This document shows positions 51,326-64,000 of a stretch of 64,000 bases of DNA, one piece after another (the first letter of the stretch is position 1; each line of letters begins with the position of its first letter). This DNA comes from Octopus vulgaris (Eukaryota). The notes under the pieces were generated by a model, which worked only from the letters and a program-made list of their open reading frames with translations, was not told the origin of the DNA and did no database searches. A program made the translations under genes and the position numbers. The DNA is taken from NCBI GenBank assembly GCA_951406725.2, contig OX597820.1, forward strand, positions 63,426,001 through 63,490,000. The letters run 5' to 3'.

Positions 51326-54300
51326 CAGGATTTGAACTCAGACGTTATACTTCGCGAACATTTAAGGAAATACAATTATCCAACTCTTTAATGTTTCTGC
51401 GAGATCGCTACTTATTTATATGCATATACATATAATACATGTATATGTGCGGGCACATATATGTACTTACATAAACACACACATAAATCTGAGTGTGTAT
51501 CTGTGCATGTATATGTATTTATGTATATGTGAACTTGTACACAGAGCAAACTATAGAAAAAGAAGTCAAGTTTGAGAGAGTTGTAATAAATGCTATAATG
51601 CAGAAATGAATATGTTATTATTTTATGAAATGAATTAAAGACGCAGGGAAAGCAATTCGTGTATGTGCTTCCCCATAGGTTTCCCACTCGTGTGAAGCGG
51701 GTGTCACTTTTTAACTCGTACTATTAAAGCAGGATATTGATAGCTACATCCAATACGAAACATGCAATTAACTTGTATAAAAATACTTCTCATATTTAAT
51801 TAAAAACATGTTTCCATTGTTCGCAAAAAAAACCCCGTTCCACAAACACATTCATATACATACATACATTCAGATACACTTTCATATGCATTCATATACG
51901 TACATATATATGCGCACATATTGAAATGCATTCACATACAGACGTCCACCAAAATACGTTACCGAAGATTGAAAAAGAGGGAACATGCAACATTCGATGT
52001 TCAACTCAGGCAACCGCTGAAATTTGATAAGGGTGGACGATGAAGTAGCGTCACTAGAAAATAAAGACTAAAAATAGTATACCTAATAGAATGATCAGAA
52101 CGCTTTGACTGTAAAAGTCTCCTCGGAATTAGACATCATAATGTCGGCTTCCTTCGCATAAAGCACGTGTATTATGACAGCGATTCAGTAGAATATAGTT
52201 CGCCAAATGTTTTTAAAATTCTCATAGTGCCTCTTCTTACAATCTGCATTTGGCTGAAAATTATTGAGAAAAATGTTGGTTAGTTGGCAGCATCTTGAAG
52301 AATTACTATAAGAACTAACTTGTGCAATCTGGATTGAGCTAGATCCTGCTGAATTCTTAGTGGAATACATAGCTTTCACATCTCCTTGTTTTAAGAGCCT
52401 GGTAGGGGCTTTCCTATTCAGCCATAGTTTTATAACGTTGGGTGAATCTAAAATAAGATTTCGAAGGGATTTATTGAGTTGCGTTCATTGTTGTTGCAGT
52501 TTCCACATTGCTCTTAGTTTCAAGTGGTAAACAGCCATTACTGCAAGTAAAGTAGAAAAACTGCGGCCTGGTCTGCTAGAGTATCTCAGTTATAAGCAAC
52601 ACTGCGGAGGTAGAGTGATGAAGTTCTTCCTTTTGTTTCCAAATATATGTTTCTAGGATTCTTTACACTTTAGCTGGTGCACTTTTGCAATACCTGCCAG
52701 AGATTGTACTGAATTCCTCGGGGAATAAAACTAAGAAGCCATTCGTATTAGTAATGCTAATTCTATATTTCTTAAAATTTCCTTTGACCTCCATTCATTT
52801 TTGCAGCCACGGCAAAAATATAACATCTGAAAGAAGCAAAAGTCAAATTTCTCATAAAAATAATTGCAAAAAATTGAAGCATATACATTAATCTAACCTG
52901 AACTTTAAAAAAGTAGACGTTTCTCTCAGAGCAGAAAATGCAAATGTGCATTAAGTAATTAGAAAAAGCTGTAAATCAGTCAATATTGTGAACATAAAAT
53001 CCAATGACAACTTCGTTGTTTCCTGTAATGTCTTTATCAAAAGATAATGATGTTGTTGTTGATTATGAATCTCAAACGATTTCTCAAAAGATTTCTTTGC
53101 AAATAAAATGATGACGTAGTATCAAGATATAGTGTTTTGAGTTTCAAATATACACACATTGATCAATAAAGCTTTTGGTGTGTTTTGTAGGAGCCATTGT
53201 TTAAGTGTTAATAAATAAATGTATCTTGAGAAATGGTTTTAAGAATGTGTTTACTTTTACATGCCCTATAGCTTGGCAACGCCTGCCATAGATTTTTGTA
53301 AGTTGCAATTAAGAACTCTATATAATATTGCACACTCGTCTCTTACTTACTTTTTTTTTTCCAAAGAGACTACCAGTCTCGAACGTCTGCCACCTTTGCA
53401 TGGAGGAGTGTCAATGTGTAAAAAGTTGAAAGTCAGCATAAATGTCACCGCTTCGAGTGTTGAGTAAATAATAACATATAGAGCGTTGATATTCCACTAC
53501 GTTCTTTTCCAATGAATATATTTGGTTGAGGTCTGATTATATTTGACTAATATGATCGGAAATATTTTTTTATTCATATCTTCGGCTGGTGTTTCCTTGA
53601 TCCAGATTTATTACGTTCGCTACTTCAATTCTACTGACCAACAACTGCTTCCATGTGCTTTATAGGTTTCCAGCTCCATAGCCTTCATTATTGACTTTTC
53701 TTTTCCTGCTTGCTTCTATCTACAAAGTCAAGAGTGTTTATCATTTTTTTCTTCTTTTGTTGGTATTGCAATGGTTGTTTTCGTTGTATCTTGAGTGGTA
53801 ATAATCCTCGCTTTTAGTAGTTTATGTATTTTTTTTTTCATCTAAGCCACTCCTTTCTTTTTTACTTTTATAAATTTCTTTTATTTCCTTGTATTGCCGT
53901 TTCTGTTGTACTCTGATGTTACTCTACTGAGAATTCACATGTTGTTTTCTTGATAAATTCTGCTGTACTACTTTCATTAGGTGGTGAGGGATTAACATTT
54001 GTTTATACATTTTCTTTGTTGTTCATTCTTTTGCATTATTTTCAGTGTTCCTTCTTCATATGAACCGTTCCAGTTTTATTTATGAGATTTTTTTTATTAT
54101 GTATTATAAATATGCATAGATTCAATAATATATTTGAATTTAGTTGCCGTGTTAGATCATACGTTTCTTGTTCTACATATCTCATATGTCACTTTTATGT
54201 TAATGGCTTGTGTTGGACATGGCATGACTATCTGTAATAGACATGTAATACATCAAGATATTTTTTGTTTTCGTTATATCATTCTCTTGTAGTTACCATT

Positions 54301-54401
54301 TTCTCCATTATGGTCGAAACGTATGCATATACACATATGGCTGTGTTTACGCTTTTGTGTTTGAGTGAGAGCAAGAGTGTATGTGTGTATGCGTGCGTGT
54401 T

Positions 54402-54471
<70 letters not shown>

Positions 54472-55019
54472 TGATCTGATCGTTACTGGTAAGATGTAAT
54501 TTACTATAACCTGTTTCTTGGTCTGGTCATCGGTGACTAAATTGGTTCTCCTCTTAGGCTATCCTGGTGACCATCTGCACATGGCGAATGAGATCGTTGT
54601 AAAACCACATACTGATTAACAGCCGCTGAAAGTTTTCAAAACATTTTGTTTGGATACAGACACTGAATTCAAACGATAGCCGTTCTGCGAACTCTTGGTT
54701 AAGCAAGATTAAAACTTAGAATCATCTGATATAAAACCTAATGTTCTTGTATGGTTCAGTCAATCCATTTCATTGTGTCATAAAAATCCAATCCAAGCCT
54801 TACACAAGCATTGCCTTCATTGCTGTTAAATGTGGATTAACTCAGACGAGATTCCCCGAAGTGTACCCTTAGATAATGTCTCAAGCATCCTCACATGATT
54901 TCGATCAAATTTTGTGATTCAAGTGAAATGCGAACTGGTACATTAGAGGGTGCTTACACATAAAATCGAGTGGGTGTCTAGTACAGTTTTGAATGCATGG
55001 AGTGGGGAGTGATCATATA

Positions 55020-55268
55020 TAATGGTTAGGCTGTTGCGTTCACGATCGCTAGATTGTAGGTTTGATTACCTGACTGGGTGACACGATGTGATCTTAAGCA
55101 AAAGATTTCATTTCATGTTGCTCCAATCCACCTTTCAATCGGGGGGAATGGTGGCCTGTTCGCCCAGCCATCGGTTGGCGTCATTTGAAGGCTAAATCAA
55201 TATAAAAGCGCATTGTGACAAGCGATGCGTATTATCTGATAGCTTGGACGGCCACGTGATTACGTGAT
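55020..55268 (+). mobile_element. tRNA-derived SINE
   Basis: AATGGTTAGG..CACGATCGC..GGTTTGATTACC head, then TCTTAAGCAAAAGATTTCATTTCATGTTGCTCC. Tail shared with 17025-17146. Confidence 0.7.
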
Positions 55269-57060
55269 GAATTTATATACATATGTGTGTGTGTGAGCAT
55301 ATTTGTTTGTGTGTGTATGTATGTGGGTGTGTATTTGTGTGTACAATATAGGTCTCTCACTTCCTTCGTGAGTAGATGTTTTGAAAAGTAAACCGTATCT
55401 CCTACTCTCAAGAGTCTAAGATAAGCTAACTTCTAAACAAGATTTGGGAATGAGGAGGGCAAAGGCATCAAAATCCCTCCATTCACATATGACAACTATT
55501 AAACGATGCCAAATAAAGGAGAATCATCATCACTTGGTACTTTTGCTCCGTGGCCACAAAACTGAGCTGAAAGTAGTAAAAGAGTAAATATATATATATT
55601 TACACCCGCCACACACACACACACACATAGACACATATCGCCAGTATGCCCTACAATTGATACGACCTGTTCCTAACAACCACATGCATTAGCAATCCTC
55701 AAGTATTGGACGAGTGTATGCAGAACGGATTCATCACTCATCGAACGTATCGATTAGTTGGGTTGTATTTTTCTCCCATCACTCCGTTAATATTACCATG
55801 GAAAAGATTTATGGAAATATTGATAATTCCCTTCCTGAAAATATTTCAGAATAGACTAACAAATTGCTTTTTATCGTTGCTCAAAGTTAGCACGAGGACG
55901 TTGAATTGTTCGCCACCGATTTTATACAGAAGGAAAAATGTAGAGTTTAAACTTCGCGCATTGCCTGACTTGTAGAGATATATTAGCCCTTAAAGAGATT
56001 CCACATGACAAGTCCCCTACCACGGTCTTTGCTTGATCAGGGCAGCAACTAAGTTATAGAAAAGACACAGAAAAAAGTGTCTGACAAACGTTGCTTGTAC
56101 AATTTCATCGTCAAACTCTTTTGTTTTTGATCAGTTGGAAATCTCTCCTGTTCTGTATTTTTTTTAATTTCTGTGTTTGCATATCATTTTGTTAGTGTGA
56201 TGATATCATTTTGTGTAATGTTTGTGTGTTGACGTATATGTTTCTCTAATTCTTTTTTCAATGTGTCAATGGCCGTATGGTGTTATGTTTCGTTACGAGT
56301 TTTATTCTTGTTGTTTGTATTTATTGTCGTACTTGTAGCGTTCATGGTGTCTGTGGCAGGTGTTTTCGGTATTATCGTTGGCATTGTAATCCCTTCAATT
56401 TCCTCCTCTAGAATCTACAGCGCCATGATTTTTTATTTGGTGGGGAGAGTACTGTGTTGTCTTTACTTTGGTTCTGACTTCAAATTCCCATATTTCATCC
56501 TTGTCCCCTCGTTGCAAGGAATGTCTGAATGATCTGAAATGGGGTGAAACATAAGTTCTCGTATGGCCTTGAGGTTGTCGAGATTTTGTCGACGCTCTAG
56601 CTTCTATAGTTTTTGTTATGGACATGTATATTTGACGTTCCCTTTCTCTTCATTTCATGTATGACAACTAGTTCTTTCGCATCCACTTTGACGTGAAGGG
56701 CGGAAATACATGTATCCTATTCATCACTTGGGACATATACGGTACATCACCTGCCGATAGGCTAAAATTACATAAATTTTAGTGAATGGAAATTTTTGAT
56801 TATTAATTTGTAGGAAAAGAAAATCAGGCGAAAACTTCAAAAACTTGAAGTGGGTAAAACAAATTTACCAAGATTCAAGTTTTCACCACACTTTCAATAA
56901 AATTTTAATACTCACCATCTCTCTCTCTCAAACAGGTAAACAACACACATATGTAACACACATACATACTCTCATATACACATATAGAACACATAATCCT
57001 ACACACGCTTTGCTACATACATACTTACACATAAAACAGACACACAGACACATATGTAAA

Positions 57061-57098
<38 letters not shown>

Positions 57099-58032
57099 TG
57101 TATAGATATATCATTCTGCCTAGATTATATAACGGTTTGTGTTTTGGTACTTCGTTCGTTTCTTTTTCATTTACTGTTCAATTTTTCATTATTCTAATTC
57201 ATTCTTTTCACTTTTTTAACATATTGTTGATTTAATTTGACTCTCCTAATAAATTATTCCATACATAAATACACACTGATCGATTGCATCACATGGAAAG
57301 AAAAAGTCAATATCAGATATCAACAGATGATGCCAAATGTTGTCAGGAAGCGACAAGGGCAAAGAAACAACAGGAAAGAGCTGAGATGATGGCAATCGGA
57401 GTCTAGGACAACTGAGTCAGAGCAGAAACGACAGAAACAAGACTAAAAATGATAGTAATACACGTTTCCTGGACGCGTGACAGAGAAGAAATAGCAGAAA
57501 CCTACATTCTCCAAGATCAACGCCGGTGCATTAAAAAATTAGAGGGTCAAGATTCCTAGAATTAAGATCACTACACCAAAAAGATGTTTAGCAGACCTAG
57601 GTCCTGATACAGTTGTATTTTTCAGTAATTATACATAAACCACAAGGACAGACTACGTATTGTTCCAGTGAAAATTTTAGAACGACGTCAGGTGTCCAGA
57701 AAACTAGTCATATTAACTGTTATCTTTTAAACAGTGAAGGACAGCTGTCTTTCTTTTTAATGCGAAAAACCTTATCATTAGGCATTTCGTTCATCGCGTT
57801 TCTTCATGCTTTTAGCATATTCGTTTTCTTCTGATTAAGGAAGCTCAGATGTCAACTCACACACACACACACACAAACCCCCCCCCACACATATATATAT
57901 AAACTGAGAGAGATGGATATATATATATATATATGTTCATGTATATCTATATATAAACATATATTCATGTATATATATATATATACACATTATATATATG
58001 TATATATATATATTATATATATACATATATTC

Positions 58033-58100
<68 letters not shown>

Positions 58101-58146
58101 AAACAAGTCAAAAATAGAAAATGCTAAGATGATTTTATAGTGAATC

Positions 58147-58190
58147 TTTCAGTACCGGTTTCGGTCATTTTGAGACCTTTTCAACTGTAA
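58147..58190 (-). ncRNA. Identical hammerhead copy on the opposite arm
   Basis: Exact reverse complement of 58420-58463. Confidence 0.7.
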
Positions 58191-58419
58191 CGATTAAATA
58201 ATTAATTTAGAAAAATTTAGAAAAATTAGAAGAAAGGTTTTTTTAAAGGAATTCTTCCAAGTGTTCAATAAATTTGTTTGCACTTGTGCAAAAGTGCAAA
58301 CAAGGGAGTCAGAGAAAGGCAGAATGCCACCTATATCTGAACACTACTATGGAAGAATTCCTTTAAAAAAACCTTTCTTCTAATTTTTCTAAATTTTTCT
58401 AAATTTAATTATTTAATCG

Positions 58420-58463
58420 TTACAGTTGAAAAGGTCTCAAAATGACCGAAACCGGTACTGAAA
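58420..58463 (+). ncRNA. Minimal type I hammerhead ribozyme, U3-A8 core variant
   Basis: TTACAG | TTGAAAA | GGTC-TCAAAAT-GACC | GAAA | CCGG | TA | CTGAAA, with palindromic ACCGGT in stem III. Confidence 0.7.
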
Positions 58464-58591
58464 GATTCACTATAAAATCATCTTAGCATTTTCTATTTTT
58501 GACTTGTTTTTTCATATATATCAACTCGTGTGTTCCTTTCCACCCTTATACATATATATATATATATACACATTATATATATGTATATATA

Positions 58592-58657
<66 letters not shown>

Positions 58658-58658
58658 A

Positions 58659-58842
58659 TAGGGTTGGCAAGGAAGTAGTTTTGCATTTCCCAAATAGATA
58701 GAGTTACAATGTTTTGAATGACTTTTGTCAGTGTTATGATTCTTTTTCCTTTTGACATTTGATAGCCGTTACCTGTAACTTACTTTAGAAGAGAACTGTG
58801 CGAAATTTGTTTGCAGCTGTTAGTTCAGTGTCAACTTCAACA
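58659..58842 (+). mobile_element. Possible mariner left end truncated by the assembly gap
   Basis: TATAGGGTTGGCAAGGAAGTAGTTTTGC resembles mariner TIRs (TA TTGGGTTGGCAA.TAAGTA). Confidence 0.4.
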
Positions 58843-58942
58843 NNNNNNNNNNNNNNNNNNNNNNNNNNNNNNNNNNNNNNNNNNNNNNNNNNNNNNNNNN
58901 NNNNNNNNNNNNNNNNNNNNNNNNNNNNNNNNNNNNNNNNNN
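58843..58942. other. Assembly gap (100 N)
   Basis: Run of N. Confidence 1.
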
Positions 58943-58978
58943 TCCAGCCATTGAACTGTGCGCCTTCACAACACTTGA

Positions 58979-59030
58979 CGTGCATCAGCTGGGAGTCGAA
59001 CCCGGATCGACTTCGTGGAAGTTACAATGA
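58979..59030 (-). pseudogene. tRNA-Gly-like 3' half (pseudogene or SINE head)
   Basis: Minus strand reads ACTTCCACGAAGTCGATCCGGGTTCGACTCCCAGCTGATGCA: T-arm, acceptor 3' strand and a TCC loop. No 5' half. Confidence 0.45.
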
Positions 59031-59220
59031 TGATAAAATTTTTCCATGGTCAAATATAAGAGAAAGAGAATATGAGACAAGAAAAATTGCGTGCAATTTC
59101 TGGCACGTATAATGATTGCATATAGACTTCATGTTTGTTCGCTACTGTCAACAGACAAGCAATATCAGAAACAAAATGCTGTTTAAGGCCGCGTATTCGT
59201 GCTATGTGTGCAACTCCCGC

Positions 59221-59267
<47 letters not shown>

Positions 59268-60116
59268 TATGTATATATACTCAGAAGAATCAGCAATGGA
59301 AATCCTTATTGCTGTACATACACCCCTAAATGATATTTATTTATGCGTGACATAAACAACTTTAAAAGCTTGCTCAGTCTTAAAATTCAGATTTTATACC
59401 GTCGCTCTAATGAGTAGTGCGTTACCGGTTTTCGGCACGACTAGGTATTTTGTTACAAATATTAATCTTTTAAAAGTATGATATTTGATAAGAAGGGGTA
59501 GGGGAAAAAAGAATTTATACGTATTGATAATCTAAGATTTAAACGCTTATATTGTAAAGCTTTTATATAAGATATCCAACATATGATATTTAACAAGGTA
59601 GCTAGGTTTAAGTGTAGAAATAAAATGAAAATAAAAATTGTACTCAATTCTCTCACTATGATGAAATATTAGGAAAAGAAGACACGGAAATAAAAGGTAG
59701 AAGAAAAACGAAAAGGAAAGTATAAAATTATATAAAAGCGAGAAATAGAAAAGGATAAAGGTTATGTTAAGATTAAGATGGAGTGTTATGGGTGGAATAA
59801 AGGTAAAAATGATACTCGTATGAGAATGGTGTAAGATTTAGGAGAGCGTTCACTTAAGCTACTGTAGAGTAATGGAGAGAGCATTATGGATATGTGCAAG
59901 TCAAAAGAAACACGAAAGTCTAAGAAAATGCATGTACCGAAGCTAATGGAGAGGCGGGGATGAAATGGGAAAAATATGAGAATGTTCCGTAGTGTGAAAG
60001 ACTTTGAAAAGTAAATATATTACAAATCGGAAGACTCATAAATACGTGTTGGAAAAAGAAAGGGGAAAAAGGCCCAATGATATTGGACATAACAGAAGTT
60101 GAGGTGGTATGTTATG

Positions 60117-60303
60117 TACGAGGCTGCGTTAAACAGGTCCTGGCGTTAAGGGTATCGCGAAAGGCCTGGCTGGACGTCAAACCATCCCAATTCTTTTACA
60201 GGGCTTAGAAAAATTAAAGGACCGCAGCAATAAGTGTTTGAATCTGAAGAGAGAATAAGTTGAATAAAATCATACTTAACTGATCCTGCTGTATTTTCTT
60301 TTC
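60117..60303 (+). mobile_element. Mariner-derived MITE (right end lost)
   Basis: Starts TACGAGG. Internal segment encodes a mariner C-terminus-like GLEKLKDRSNKCLNLKRE*VE*. Confidence 0.6.
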
Positions 60304-60315
60304 AGAGATATAGAC

Positions 60316-60606
60316 CAGTGCCACTCAAATTGGTGTTCCGCGGACCGGTGCCGGTCCGCGAGTCATCAGCTACCGATACCCGACGAGTTTCCAGAAAAGG
60401 AAGAAACATTATAAAATTCTTATCTAATATTTTATCATTTGTTTACAAAATAAATATATGATAAAAAATCGTCAACTTTTATTATATTCAGTATATATAT
60501 TGTTTCCGGTATAAATTAATATCACGAAAAAATATTGCCGGTTCCAGGCACTTTGGAAAACAAAAAAACTGCCGGAACGCCACGTCAGATAATTTGAGAA
60601 ATACTG
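60316..60606. mobile_element. hAT (Charlie-like) MITE
   Basis: TIRs CAGTGCCACTCAAATT / AATTTGAGAAATACTG. Degenerate 8-bp TSD ATATAGAC/ATTTAGCC. Subterminal palindrome CGCGGACCGGTGCCGGTCCGCG. Confidence 0.7.
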
Positions 60607-60659
60607 ATTTAGCCGAATCCTTGAATATAGGAAATTTCTTCAACTTGAAATTCCGAAAT

Positions 60660-61420
60660 CCAGATGAGCGGGGTGAGAGTTTTGTTCAAAGCAGATCCAA
60701 CTATGTGATTTACCATCAGTCGAATGAGAGATAAGTTTGAAGCGGATGGAAATAGTATGCCCGCAAGAAACCTTTCATAAGAGCACAGACATCAGATAGA
60801 CTCACAGAACATGAAAGGGCGTTGGAAAATAATAGCCAGCGTCCAAGTAAATAGGTATTGCAAAGAAATCCAAAGCCAAACATCCACTGATATTGACATA
60901 AATAAATATCCATATCACGAATAATCCAAGCTCTCAATGGAGGTGAAAATTGGAGTGGTACATGGAGATGAAGATGTGTTGAAGATATACACCATCAAAC
61001 AAAAGTCGTTTGGAATGTGGTGAGACTACATTTAGATTAAATGGGTTGATTAACCTCCGAAATTCCTCCTAGTGGGAAACCAGAGAATCCTCATATTACG
61101 GAGAAACATGACGTTAATTTATCAGGATTTACGTAATAGTGCGACATATCACCTATTTTAGACGATGCTGTGGTTGATCATATATACTTAAACATGCTTC
61201 AGCAATCTGTTATGCTAAGCGTGCAAAGGGTCTATGAAGATGTAGAGTTCTATTGTCAGAAAGATCGACAGCCCCATATTAGCATAGTAATATAAGGGCC
61301 TTGATGAAACATTGTCATGTCATACATTGAAGAGATGTTGCATAACAGACGGATTGGACAAAGAAGTTCACCAAAATACTCTCCGTGTTCACCGGACCTT
61401 ACACAACAAGACATGCTTAC
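60660..61420 (+). pseudogene. Decayed IS630-Tc1-mariner transposase (DD41D/rosa-like)
   Basis: Fragments RDKFEADG, GETTFRLNGLIN..W..ENPH, FYCQKDRQPH (QQDGAPPH-like) and PCSPDLTQQD (PRSPDLTPLD-like). Confidence 0.65.
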
Positions 61421-61710
61421 GTAAATTGTCCACTAATTTCAGGACACTGTCTGTTATTTCAGCCTCAGGGAAACTCAGATAAATTTAACAATTTAAAATC
61501 ACTTTCTTTTTAGGCAAAAAGGATGCTTCTCATTATTTTAGCTAAGATCAAAGTATAGTTAACAATTCGAAAAATAAATAATCACGTTACATACACATTC
61601 ATACGTATATACGTATGTATGTATGTGTATGTGTGTGCATTTATATTTTAGGGGGACACATGAGTATCTATCTATCTATCAATCTATATATACATATACA
61701 TACGTGTATA

Positions 61711-61750
<40 letters not shown>

Positions 61751-61776
61751 CACACAAATATATATATATATATATG

Positions 61777-61888
<112 letters not shown>

Positions 61889-61895
61889 CATATAG

Positions 61896-61931
<36 letters not shown>

Positions 61932-62522
61932 CACCCTATTTATGCGTGTCTATCTTTCACTATAATATGTGTGTGTTTGTGCCTATGTGATTATAAATCA
62001 ATCACCCGCACCACCATTCTCTATATTCTCATCAGATTCAACACAACCACTGCCACCACCAATCCGCCCCCACCCCCGTAATGACCTGTAACAACAATTG
62101 CAACATGATAACTCCATCTAAAATAAAAGACAATGACATGAGATAATGTAGTAACTTAGTGTATTTTAGAAGTTGACTGAAATCTCTTTGATCTTAAATC
62201 AAAGAGGAATGACTTGAGACTAAACAGCAATAACTATTCAATTAATATTATCATCATCACCACCAACAACAACAGCAACAAGAATATTAACCCCCACCTT
62301 CACTGACATCCTCCCCACCCCGTCACCAGCTACCACCAATGTCAAACCCACTACAGCCAACACTATCACTATCAAGGCACCAACTTTTTCAGTATAACTG
62401 ATGACGTAAATAATAGTATGAACCTGAAGCAGCGTTTGTAGCTAAATAACTATTATGTCAACCCAACGGTTTGTGAGTGCATGTGTGTATAATAGACAAA
62501 TGTAGAAAGAAAGAAAGAACGA

Positions 62523-62570
<48 letters not shown>

Positions 62571-63802
62571 AGAAAGGAAGGAAGAAAGAAAGCCCAAGTC
62601 ATGCTTGTGAGGGGGTGAAGTACTTACGAACCTAGTAAAAATTAACTGGAATCATATCCATACTCCCTCCCGTCTCACTCCTTTCATAATCTTATCAACA
62701 TTCTTACATCAGTAAGAATAAGGGATTCTTTTTTTATCACCCTCACAACTCACATCTTTCCTGCACTTTCTTGTACACTTCTTACGTTACCATGCAAAGG
62801 CATTACACAAGATATTTAACTTGATACGTTTAAAAGGCTTGATGCAAGGCAAAAAAAAATATTCAGCTACATTGCTAAAACTTTAAAGCTTGCACCGTTT
62901 ATAGAAAAACCATACTTGAAGATACAGAGAAGACTACACTAAGGACTCTAGAAGCTGCTCTTTTAAATACTTGTACCCGCTTTCCTTCGTAGATGCAATG
63001 TGATGATTAAAATAGTACGGTTTTTGAGTGTATGGATTGATCATCAAAAGCAAGGTAATGTAACACAATGGTAATTCAAAAAAATAAACATAAAATTTGT
63101 ATGATGATTTGCAGGAACGGAAAGGGACACTAATGAAAGGCCGTTTCACGTTTGAAAAAGTTATTCTGATAGGATTAAACAGTAGGATAAACGGTACAAC
63201 ATAAAATGCAAGTTCCAAAAACACCTGACACACGTTCAGGTGTAATATGAGAATAAAGCCTCTATTCCTGTATCATTCCGAAAATCTTATGTTTTTTTAG
63301 AGATACTCAAAATTTAATCAACCTCTCATTTAGCCCTCAGATAAGAAAGTATGATGATAAGGATGTTTTTAAAATCTCCGCGTTTTAACTTATGTGTCAC
63401 AATTATTTACTTACTTAGGTTGAAGTTGCAGTTTTGGTTGAAATGCAATGAATGTCTGTGTTCTATAGTTTATGATCGGTTATCCTGGACTTCGCAGATT
63501 AGTTTTGGGGAACGAGAAATACTTTAGCAAAGACTGTCATACTCGATAGTCAGTCGATAGAAATCATATATGGCAATAAAGTATATTTGTATGTCAGTTT
63601 TTATGTATTCTTTTATGCATGTATACAAGTGTAAAGACACATGCATATTTAATTGAACAATTTGCCTTTGAGGTTTATGTGGTGACGTGCACAGAGTTTG
63701 AGTCACTTCCTAGAAAAGTAGCAAACTATTTTGCTTGAATGGAAAAGTTTCAGGAATTTCTTAATGAACTCTCTGTGCATATATGTACGTAATGAGGGTG
63801 CA

Positions 63803-63900
63803 TTACTGAGTGGTTAGGGCGTTGCACTTATGATCGCAAGGTGGTGGGTTTGAATCTCAGACTGGGTAGCGGGCTGTGTTTTTGAGCAAAATACTGCATC
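63803..63900 (+). mobile_element. tRNA-derived SINE head
   Basis: CTGAGTGGTTAGGGCG (A box), GGGTTTGAATCTC (B box), then TGTGTTTTTGAGCAAAATACT. Same family as 55020. Confidence 0.7.
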
Positions 63901-64000
63901 TCCTCTTTCTTTGCGATTTCTTCGACATCGTAAGTATGGCACAGCGTGCCCCTATAAAAGGGAATTTGATTGAGAGGAGTTAGCTAAACTACAGCGCGAA

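Larger units (their letters stand above)
58097..58513. mobile_element. Fold-back element: ~163-bp near-perfect inverted arms, each carrying a hammerhead, in (TA)n
   Basis: Arms 58097-58259 and 58350-58513 with a 90-bp spacer. (TA)n lies on both sides. Confidence 0.85.

Noticed and set aside
52000-57620. Possible LINE ORF1 remnants (53.2-53.9, 56.0-56.7, 57.3-57.6 kb)
   Set aside because: Compositional impression only; no diagnostic motif.
59400-59445. GAAAACCGGTA on minus, resembling the 58.4 kb stem III
   Set aside because: No matching core or stems upstream.
60330-60372. Minus-strand CTGATGA followed by a strong hairpin
   Set aside because: Followed by GAAC with no stem I; explained by the hAT MITE subterminal palindrome.

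Overview
AT-rich, microsatellite-saturated eukaryotic non-genic DNA. The tRNA-derived SINE families and repeat landscape suggest an octopus/cephalopod genome (inference). No host gene could be supported; almost all listed ORFs are translations of (TA)n, (CA)n, (TTA)n and similar repeats. The only intact gene is a 1293-aa non-LTR retrotransposon ORF (RT, CCHC knuckle, restriction-like endonuclease; R4/Dong type) inserted in (TAA)n at 42.8-47.2 kb. Decayed elements include a Ty3/gypsy pol plus probable LTR, several Penelope-like elements (PLEs; RT and GIY-YIG remnants), Tc1, mariner and DD41D-like transposases, Tigger-, hAT- and mariner-type MITEs, and many SINEs. The most striking unannotated signal is a set of sequence-unrelated, short (0.25-0.75 kb) fold-back elements sitting in (TA)n tracts, together with minimal type I hammerhead ribozyme (HHR) motifs. 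Essentially complete motifs are at 10141-10202, 27327-27367 and 58420-58463/58147-58190 (a U3-A8 core variant). Degenerate or split motifs are at 10.6, 12.6, 16.8, 19.25/20.7, 37.0 and 47.9 kb. All motif reading and pairing was done by eye.
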